DNA of 64,000 nt from Syntrophorhabdaceae bacterium. Its GTDB lineage: Bacteria > Desulfobacterota > Syntrophorhabdia > Syntrophorhabdales > Syntrophorhabdaceae. A program made the translations under genes and the position numbers. The DNA lies in assembly GCA_963665295.1 (NCBI GenBank), contig OY762209.1, positions 4,960,001 through 5,024,000 on the forward strand, written 5' to 3'. A model generated the notes under the pieces. The model searched no databases. It was not told where the DNA came from and was given only the letters and a program-made list of their open reading frames with translations. Shown piece by piece: positions 56,874 through 64,000 of the stretch. Positions within the stretch are counted from its first letter, which is position 1. The number at the start of each line of letters is the position of its first letter.

Positions 56874-59156
56874 ATGGAAGAATATACAAGTGTTGGGAAA
56901 AGCAGCAAGAGGGTCGATACGACAGCGAAGGCGACGGGCGAAGTCCTCTTCACCGCGGACCTTTCCCTGCCGAGAATGCTCATAGGCAAGGTATTGAGGT
57001 CGCCCCATCCCCATGCAAGGATACTTCACATAGACACGTCGAAAGCCAAAAAGCTTCCGGGCGTAAAAGCGGTGGTCACCGGAGCCGACACCTTTGGGGA
57101 GAAATGGGGCGTATTCCGGTACACCCAGGACCAGATATTCATGCCCTCCGAACGGGTTCGGTACGTGGGCGAAGAGATCGCCGCCGTTGCAGCCGTTGAC
57201 GAGGATACGGCACTGGCCGCCCTCGACCTCATCAGCGTGGAATATGAAATGCTGCCCGCCGTCTTCACCCTCGAAGAGGCCATGGCCCCGGGCGCTCCCC
57301 TCATCCACGAGGATAAGCCGGGAAATATCAACATTCATGTCAATATCGATGTGGGCGACATCGAAAAAGGATTCAGGGAATCATACCTGATTATGGAGGA
57401 TACCTTCAGCGCCCCCGAAGATTCCTATTTCCAGTCGGAGCCTTATGCGGTGGTGGCCCAGTTCGACCACTCGGGCAGCCTCGAAATATGGATGCCCAAT
57501 GCGGGCCCCCATCTCAAGGCAAAACCCCTCTCGAACTGTCTCCATATGCCCCTCAGCAAGGTGCGGGTAAGAAAGATCGCGATCGGCGGCCATTTCGGCG
57601 GCCGTTCCGAAATCTCCCCTGCCGACATGGTGTGTGCCCTCCTCGCCAAGAAGGCGAAGCGGCCCGTCAAGATTGTCTATACCAGGGAAGAAAATTCCAT
57701 CTGCACCCGCCAGGGCCACGCAATGGTCGCCACCATCAAGACCGGCGTCGATAAAGACGGGAAGGTCCTTGCAAGAGATATTACCTCGTACCTCGACGGC
57801 GGCGCCTACTCGAGCACGGGCCCCATAGCGGTGAGCGTGCCCTTTCTCTGCATGGAGCAGGCCTATCGCATGGACAACGTGCGCTTCAACGGTTACAGGG
57901 TGTTCACAAACAAACCCATACGGGGCATGATAAGGATCCATGGAAGGGCTTTCGGCACCGGCGTAGACCTCCAACTCGACATGATCGGCGAAAAACTCGG
58001 TATCGATCCCATCGAAATGCGCCTGCGCAACGCGCGTCAGGCGGGTGACTACACACCCACAAAGTCCTTTGTCGCAAGCTGCGGCCTGACGGAGACAATC
58101 CTTGAGACCGCGGAGCATTCTCATTTTAAGGAAAGATTCAAACACCTGCCGCCCTTCCACGGCATCGGAATAGGCGTAAATTCCGTGCAGACGGGGTTCC
58201 CCATGGGCATCAGGGGAGGGTCCCAGGCGTTTATCAAGTTTACCGAGGACGGGACCGTCACTGTCATATCCGGCGTAGTCGACAATGGCCAGGGCAACGA
58301 TAATATGCTCTCCCAGATTACCTCGGAAGAATTGGGCTTGAGACCTGACGACATTCAACTCATTACGGCCGATACGGAAGTCACACCCACCGACCCCGGA
58401 TCCTACTCCATGTGCGAGACCTTCATCGGAGGAAACGCGGTGAGGCTTGCGGCAATAGACGCGAAAAGGCAACTCTTCGAGGTCGCCGCGCCCCTGCTCA
58501 AGGCAGGCGTTGATGAACTCCAGGCAAAAGACAACAAGATCATGGTCAAGGGTGCTCCGGAGCGGAGCATGTCCATAGGCAAAGTGGTAAGGACGGCCCT
58601 CAGCCGCGGTCAGTCCATCAGCGGACAGGGGGCATACTGGCCGAAGGTCGACCCCAAGAGGGAGTGGGTCGAGAACCCCTTCGGACAGCTTTGCGAAGCT
58701 TTCTCCTTCGGGGCCACCATCGCCGAAGTGAAGGTCGATCCCGAGACGGGGCTTGTGGAGGTAGTGGAAATATGGGCGGCCCAGGACGTGGGATTCACCA
58801 TCAACCCCAAGGCCGTGGAGGGACAATTCCAGGGAGGCATCGCCATGGGCGGTCAGGGAGGGATGCTCACCGAGTATCATCTCTGGAACCAGGGACGGGT
58901 GCTCAACCCCTCGCAACTCGAATACAAGGTCCCCCTCGCAGCGGACATGCCCAAGATCAACACCTACATTATCGAGACCATAGACCCGAACGGCCCTTAC
59001 GGAGCCAAGGAATCAGGGATGTCCGTATCCATGTCGGCGGCCCAGGCATACTGCGGCGCTATCTGCAATGCCATAGGAGTCTATATAAAGGAATACCCAA
59101 TAACCCCGGACAAGATACTCAAGGCACTGGAAGAAAAGAATAAGAGGGGAAAATGA
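56874..59156 (+). CDS. Xanthine dehydrogenase-family molybdopterin subunit, HcrA-like, with divergent active-site motifs (set 2)
   Basis: KATG...F.AD, RSPHPHA, GGHFGGR, NGQG, EGQFQGG, GPYGAKE; ATG at 56874. Confidence 0.88.
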   Translation: MEEYTSVGKSSKRVDTTAKATGEVLFTADLSLPRMLIGKVLRSPHPHARILHIDTSKAKKLPGVKAVVTGADTFGEKWGVFRYTQDQIFMPSERVRYVGEEIAAVAAVDEDTALAALDLISVEYEMLPAVFTLEEAMAPGAPLIHEDKPGNINIHVNIDVGDIEKGFRESYLIMEDTFSAPEDSYFQSEPYAVVAQFDHSGSLEIWMPNAGPHLKAKPLSNCLHMPLSKVRVRKIAIGGHFGGRSEISPADMVCALLAKKAKRPVKIVYTREENSICTRQGHAMVATIKTGVDKDGKVLARDITSYLDGGAYSSTGPIAVSVPFLCMEQAYRMDNVRFNGYRVFTNKPIRGMIRIHGRAFGTGVDLQLDMIGEKLGIDPIEMRLRNARQAGDYTPTKSFVASCGLTETILETAEHSHFKERFKHLPPFHGIGIGVNSVQTGFPMGIRGGSQAFIKFTEDGTVTVISGVVDNGQGNDNMLSQITSEELGLRPDDIQLITADTEVTPTDPGSYSMCETFIGGNAVRLAAIDAKRQLFEVAAPLLKAGVDELQAKDNKIMVKGAPERSMSIGKVVRTALSRGQSISGQGAYWPKVDPKREWVENPFGQLCEAFSFGATIAEVKVDPETGLVEVVEIWAAQDVGFTINPKAVEGQFQGGIAMGGQGGMLTEYHLWNQGRVLNPSQLEYKVPLAADMPKINTYIIETIDPNGPYGAKESGMSVSMSAAQAYCGAICNAIGVYIKEYPITPDKILKALEEKNKRGK

Positions 59157-59292
59157 TGGGATCAGCAAGAATCTGAACGCGGGAACCATATTGTATCAAG
59201 GCTGATACATACCCGGAATATTCACATTGCGGCACGACCCGGAAGGCGGTTCGCGGCGTCCCGCGCCACAAAGAGCCAGAGAGGGGGCCTCG

Positions 59293-59625
59293 ATGAAGAT
59301 CGGAAAGAGCGATGATCTTCCTTATATGGTCCGCGGTCTGGAAGAGGCGATGAAAGCCTGTCATAAGGACCCGGGACTCACCCCCGGCAGGGAGGCAGGG
59401 AAGTCTGCTGCCGCAAGGGGCGAAGGGCTCTTTCCCATCTCCTGCAAGGCAGACAGAGCCGGCAAAGTACTGAAAGGATTAAGAGACAAAGGGGTTCAAC
59501 TCAACGACGAGAAACCACGTCATCTATTCGGCAACAGTTATGCGTTCATCCGTCACCCGGCAAAGCCCTTCGGGGCACTGACGAAGGTGCCGGACGGCGA
59601 ATTCGGCGTCAGCGAAGCATCGTGA
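59293..59625 (+). pseudogene. Degenerate VOC-family methylmalonyl-CoA epimerase-like remnant
   Basis: MKI..D.L...V..LEEAMK...LG-like start and RGEGL..I......L..KGVQL.DEKPR...AFI.HP....G.L end match the Mce pattern. The central part is missing and the metal-binding His residues are replaced. Confidence 0.6.
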
Positions 59626-59755
59626 TAATGAAAAAATAACTGGTGCATTTTTTCGGAAAAACTTACAATTGATTTGGTATACAATTCGACTCTTTTTAAA
59701 AGGGGGTGAGATTAAGCAGTACACCAATAATCTTATACCGAAAAGGGGGCTTACC

Positions 59756-60787
59756 ATGATCAAGAAGATAGGGTTCGCAGTCGTTATTCTCGCATTCTTT
59801 GCCGTCACATTTCTGGTCTCTCCTCCCCAGGCGGCAAGCCAGAGCGTAATCACCCTGAAATACGCCAACTTTCCGCCTGCCACCACGTTTCCGTGCGTCC
59901 AGATGGAGAGGTGGGCAAAAGAGGTGGAAAAGAGGACGGCGGGCAAGGTGAAGGTACAGACCTTCCCCGGAGGCACACTGCTCCCTGCCAAGAATATCTT
60001 TGACGGAGTCCTCACCGGCATGGCGGACATCGGGAACTTTGCCATGAGCTACCAGCCGGGCCGTTTCCCGGTCTCCGAGGCAATAGACCTGCCCATGGGC
60101 TTCAACAGCGCCCGGGCCGCGAGCCTTGCCCTTTTCGACCTTGTAGAGAAGTACCAGCCCAAGGAATTTGAAAAGGTAAAGATCCTCACCCTTTTCACCT
60201 GCCCTCCCGCGGACATCATGTCAAGCAAACCTGTGAAGTCCCTGAAGGACCTCAAAGGCATGGAGCTTCGCGTGTCGGGTACGGGTTCGGATGTGATAAA
60301 GCGTCTGGGCGGCATCCCCGTTGCCATGCCGCAGTCCGAGACACCCGAGGCCATCCAGAAGGGCGTAGTGAAGGGCATCGTCTCCTCCACGGAAATCCTC
60401 AAGGATTTCAACTTCGCCGCATACTGCCCCTACGTCACGGAATCAAACCTTTTTGTGGTCTCCTTTGCGGTGGTCATGAACAAGGACAAGTGGAATTCCC
60501 TCCCCGCCGATGTAAAGAAGGTGCTTGACGACCTGAGAAGAGAGCAAGCCGAATGGACGGGAAAATATGTGGACGACCATGTGAAAGAGGCAATCACCTG
60601 GTCGAAGCAGAAGTATAACCTCCAGATGATATCATTGCCTGCCGCAGAAAAGGCGGAAATACCCAAGCTCCTCAAGCCTATGATCGACGATTACCTGAAG
60701 AGAGTGAACGCTCAGGGCCTGCCGGGAGACAAGATCGTGAGAGATGTCTATCTCTTGAAAGCCAAATACGAGCAGCCGTCTAAATAA
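59756..60787 (+). CDS. dctP: TRAP transporter substrate-binding protein
   Basis: Signal peptide, FPGGTL, DLKGMELRV (carboxylate-binding Arg), MNKDKWNSLP. Confidence 0.93.
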   Translation: MIKKIGFAVVILAFFAVTFLVSPPQAASQSVITLKYANFPPATTFPCVQMERWAKEVEKRTAGKVKVQTFPGGTLLPAKNIFDGVLTGMADIGNFAMSYQPGRFPVSEAIDLPMGFNSARAASLALFDLVEKYQPKEFEKVKILTLFTCPPADIMSSKPVKSLKDLKGMELRVSGTGSDVIKRLGGIPVAMPQSETPEAIQKGVVKGIVSSTEILKDFNFAAYCPYVTESNLFVVSFAVVMNKDKWNSLPADVKKVLDDLRREQAEWTGKYVDDHVKEAITWSKQKYNLQMISLPAAEKAEIPKLLKPMIDDYLKRVNAQGLPGDKIVRDVYLLKAKYEQPSK

Positions 60788-60792
60788 CCGGG

Positions 60793-60831
60793 GCGGGTAA
60801 AGGGACGTCCCCCGGGGCGTCTTTTACCCGC
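60793..60831 (+). other. Intercistronic stem-loop after dctP (mRNA stabiliser or attenuator)
   Basis: GCGGGTAAAGGGACG...CGTCTTTTACCCGC inverted repeat. Confidence 0.55.
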
Positions 60832-60851
60832 ATTCGCACGCGGAGGCAACA

Positions 60852-61337
60852 ATGAATTATCTCGACAAGTTCAATGTTTTCCTGAACAAGATCCTCATGA
60901 TCTTGGGGGGCATGGCGGTGCTCGGGCTCATGTCCCTCGCCACGGGCAACGTGGTCCTCAGAATCTTTCACATGCCATACCGGGGGGCCTACGAACTCGT
61001 TTCCTTTATGGGGGCGATAGTCATCGCCTTTGCTCTCGGCTACACACAGAAGAGGAAGGACCACATTGTCGTTGACATCCTTACAGAGAAGTTCCCGAAA
61101 AAGCTTAACCGCGTCCTCGACGCAATCAACTATTTCGTCACTCTCATATTCTTCTCCATTATCACGTGGCAGATCTTTGTGTGGGGCATGAAGATATGGG
61201 AGGCGAACGAGGTGTCGGAGACCCTGAAGGTCATTTACTACCCCTTCGTGTTTTGCGTTTCCGCGGGGTTCGGGGTGTTATCTCTCACACTCCTGGTCGA
61301 TCTGCTGAAAACATTCCGGAAAAAAGAGGAGAAATAG
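60852..61337 (+). CDS. dctQ: TRAP transporter small permease
   Basis: 4 TMs; NVVLR, ELV, HIVVD motifs. Confidence 0.92.
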   Translation: MNYLDKFNVFLNKILMILGGMAVLGLMSLATGNVVLRIFHMPYRGAYELVSFMGAIVIAFALGYTQKRKDHIVVDILTEKFPKKLNRVLDAINYFVTLIFFSIITWQIFVWGMKIWEANEVSETLKVIYYPFVFCVSAGFGVLSLTLLVDLLKTFRKKEEK

Positions 61338-61339
61338 CA

Positions 61340-62647
61340 ATGGACGGACCTATTGTCGGAATATACGGAATCATCGTAATGTTCGCTATCCTGTTCCTGT
61401 TCAAGATACCGGCCGGCTTTACCATGGCCCTGGTAGGCTTCCTTGGGGTCATCTACGTGACGTCCCTCAAAGCGGCCCTCGGTATGATCGGCACGGAACT
61501 CTGGAACATCTTTTCAAGCTACGGCCTCACCGTGATTCCCATGTTCATCCTGGTGGGAGAGTTCGCCCACTACGGCGGTTACAACAACAGCCTCTACAAG
61601 GCCACCTATAAATGGTTCGGCCATTACAAGGGAGGTCTTGCGATAACCACCATCATGGCATGCGCCATCTTCTCCGCCATCAGCGGTTCCAACACGGCGA
61701 CGGCAGCCACCATGAGTACCGTGGCCATACCGGAAATGAAGAAATATAATTACCATCCCCAGTTGAGCGCCGGATCGGTCGCGGCGGGAGCCACCCTGGG
61801 AGTCCTCATACCTCCGAGCATCGTCCTCGTGGTTTATGGGCTCTACACAGGCCAGTCGATCGGCAAGCTCTTCTTCGGAAACGTAATACCGAGCGCCATA
61901 CTGACCATACTCATCGCCGCCACCGTCATTTACATATGCTGGCGAAATCCCACGTGGGGACCGAAGGGACCGAGAAGCACCTGGCTCGAAAGACTGAAAG
62001 CCCTTCCGGACCTCATCGATATCATGATCCTCTTCGTCATCATCATGTACGCCCTTTTTACCGGCGTGGTAACGGCCACGGAGGCCGCGGCGGCAAGTTG
62101 CGCCATAGCGCTGATCCTCTGTCTCGTACGGAAGAAAATAACATGGCAAGGCTTCATTGCTTCCATTGTCGATACACTCCGTATCTCCTGCCTCGTCTTC
62201 ATGATCGTCGCGGGAGCGGTTATTTTCGGAAGATTCCTCGCGGTTACGAGGCTGCCCTATGAAGCCGCCTCCATCATATCGAGTCTTGCCCTCCCCAACT
62301 GGGTGCTCTTCTGGATCATCATACTCTGTTACATCATAGGCGGCTGCGTCATGGACGCCCTCGCCTTCCTTCTCGTCTCCCTGCCCATCTTCTATCCCAT
62401 CGTCATGCAGATGGGGTATGACCCGATCTGGTTCGGCCAGGTTATCTGCATAGTGACCACCATGGGATCGATTATGCCGCCCATTGGAATATGCTGCTAC
62501 GTGGTTGCGGGGATGGCGAAGGAGATCCCCCTGGGCACGGTATTCAGAGGGAGTCTTTACTACATACCTTCCTACATCGTATCCATCATACTCCTCATGC
62601 TCTTCCCCTACTCGACGGTCCTGGTGCTTTCCAATATTGTGCGGTAG
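61340..62647 (+). CDS. dctM: TRAP transporter large permease
   Basis: IPMFIL.GE, GGLA, SGS..A, G.LG.LIPPS, TATEAA, I.PPIG motifs. Confidence 0.94.
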   Translation: MDGPIVGIYGIIVMFAILFLFKIPAGFTMALVGFLGVIYVTSLKAALGMIGTELWNIFSSYGLTVIPMFILVGEFAHYGGYNNSLYKATYKWFGHYKGGLAITTIMACAIFSAISGSNTATAATMSTVAIPEMKKYNYHPQLSAGSVAAGATLGVLIPPSIVLVVYGLYTGQSIGKLFFGNVIPSAILTILIAATVIYICWRNPTWGPKGPRSTWLERLKALPDLIDIMILFVIIMYALFTGVVTATEAAAASCAIALILCLVRKKITWQGFIASIVDTLRISCLVFMIVAGAVIFGRFLAVTRLPYEAASIISSLALPNWVLFWIIILCYIIGGCVMDALAFLLVSLPIFYPIVMQMGYDPIWFGQVICIVTTMGSIMPPIGICCYVVAGMAKEIPLGTVFRGSLYYIPSYIVSIILLMLFPYSTVLVLSNIVR

Positions 62648-62666
62648 GGACAACAGGACAAATAAT

Positions 62667-62702
62667 GAAGCCGGGGCTCCCGAAAAGGGCCCCGGTTCTT
62701 TT
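62667..62702 (+). terminator. Intrinsic terminator of the TRAP operon
   Basis: GAAGCCGGGGCTC...GGGCCCCGGTTC followed by a T tract. Confidence 0.7.
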
Positions 62703-62744
62703 ATGGGATAGAACGGATTTTAACGGAGTCGGGGCGGCTACCGC

Positions 62745-63485
62745 TCACCGCCTTGCGAAGACGTCGGCAACCACCACGTTCGGATTCCCCGTCCGTAGAT
62801 TCCTCGAAGTCCTCAAAATCTTCGCTTCCCTGAAACCTGCCTGGAAGAACTCGTTGAGAAAGGCATCTCCTTCCCTGGCGCCGCTTATTCAGGCGAGCCA
62901 GCTCTTTTCCGTGGGCTCCCTCGGGCCTGCGACGGGCCTTACGAGAATCAGCTCGGCGGCGTATACCTGACCGTCTTTCCGGACCACTCGGGATAGCTCC
63001 CTGAAGATGGCCTCACGATGGGGATTGAGGTTGAAAATTCCGTTCACCATGGCCACATCGATCTCGCCGTCCTTCAAAGGAAGGTGTTCGGCGGGGGATT
63101 CATGAAATTCGATATTTGCGACGCCCGCTTCCTTTGCGGACCGCAAAGCACGCTCTATCATGGGACGGCTGAAATCAATGGCGACAACCCGTCCCCCGGG
63201 GCCTGTCTTCCGGGCCGCGATAATCGTGTCAAGCCCCGCGCCGCACCCCAGGTCGAGAACGGACGACCCTTCCCGTATCTCCGCATGAATGGAAACATTG
63301 GAAGCCCCTGCAAAGGCGTCAACGCTGTCAACGGGCAGGGTATCGAGCACCTCCCCCGAATAGCCCACGCTCTCCGCAAACGCCCTTCCCACGGGAAACA
63401 GGTGTTCCCCCTCAGGCCTTTCCGCCGCCGAGGAATAAGCCTTCCTCACGCCCTCGTACAGCCGTTTCGCCAGGTCTTCATCCAT
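62745..63485 (-). CDS. ArsM-like SAM methyltransferase, predicted selenoprotein (in-frame UGA at 62889-62891; 246 aa)
   Basis: VLDLGCGAGLD, GRVVAIDFS, AEHLPL, NGIFNL.P, then WLA-U-ISGA continuing as ...FQAGFREAKIL... to TGA at 62745-62747; SECIS-like hairpin after the UGA. Confidence 0.8.
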
Positions 63486-63650
63486 AAAACGCTCCTGAAA
63501 ATTCCATGATCTACGTCCCTATCATGTGGTCACGCCCCATGATTCCATCAGTCTACCCCATTTTGCAGGGGTCATCCAGCGCAAAAAACAGTCACCGGCG
63601 CTGCCGCTTCACCCTGATCGCCCGTCGGGCGACCCCGGCCATCTTCCCCC

Positions 63651-64000
63651 TTATGCCTTCCGGTCGACGAGCACATGTTCGACGGTAAAGAAGGCCGTCG
63701 ACGCGCCCAGGTCCACGAACTTCGCTTCGTCTTCAACGAACATGGCCCGCAGGTTTTGGCCCTCGGGCGAGTTGATGGCCGCGAGAAAATCTTCTTCCGA
63801 TTCCCACCATATCTCGCCCACGCCGTCATAGGCCTCCATCATGCCCCGTGACTTCCTGATGTTTTCGTTCAAGGGTGAATCAATGGTGTGGCTCTGGACA
63901 TAACGCACCGCCCTGTAAGTCTCCGCAAATTTCTGAAACATCGGCCCATGATGGTTGAGCCAGTAATCCTGGAACTCCGCCCGGGACATCCCGTGCCGCC
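63651..64000 (-). CDS. EthD-domain protein; 5' end probably outside the window
   Basis: R.GMSRAEFQDYW...H, RYVQSH, YDGVGEIWW, DEAKFVD motifs; frame stays open to the window edge. Confidence 0.85.
   Translation of the reverse strand, partial: RHGMSRAEFQDYWLNHHGPMFQKFAETYRAVRYVQSHTIDSPLNENIRKSRGMMEAYDGVGEIWWESEEDFLAAINSPEGQNLRAMFVEDEAKFVDLGASTAFFTVEHVLVDRKA

Overview
Chromosomal window from a GC-rich anaerobic bacterium. Gene content suggests a deltaproteobacterial (Syntrophorhabdus-like) aromatic degrader, but this is inference only. Left part (1-21 kb): housekeeping, metabolic and signalling genes (S8 protease, ruvX-mltG-thiolase-DUF35, acyl-CoA synthetase, glcDF-like, adk, UvrD helicase, hybrid PAS kinase, CheB/CheR fusion). 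At 21.3-25.8 kb: an AT-richer four-gene cassette bounded by a 69/70-bp direct repeat. It carries two convergent two-gene operons, an uncharacterised PD-(D/E)XK-like plus helical/OB-like pair and a DUF262 plus HEPN pair, both candidate defence systems. It is followed by a ~220-nt predicted structured RNA closed by a 29-bp helix whose only non-Watson-Crick pairs are four G-U wobbles. Next come an MrfAB-like repair pair, a sigma28-driven MCP, methyltransferases and envelope enzymes. At 38.7-62.6 kb: a 24-kb catabolic cluster matching the enzyme inventory of the anaerobic indoleacetate (iaa) pathway, with an extra 4-hydroxybenzoyl-CoA-reductase-like molybdoenzyme with altered active-site motifs, a decayed epimerase and a TRAP transporter. 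Near the right end, an ArsM-like methyltransferase reads through an in-frame UGA followed by a SECIS-like hairpin (predicted selenoprotein). No rRNA, tRNA, CRISPR array, integrase or transposase was recognised. All calls come from reading motifs by eye; no searches were run.
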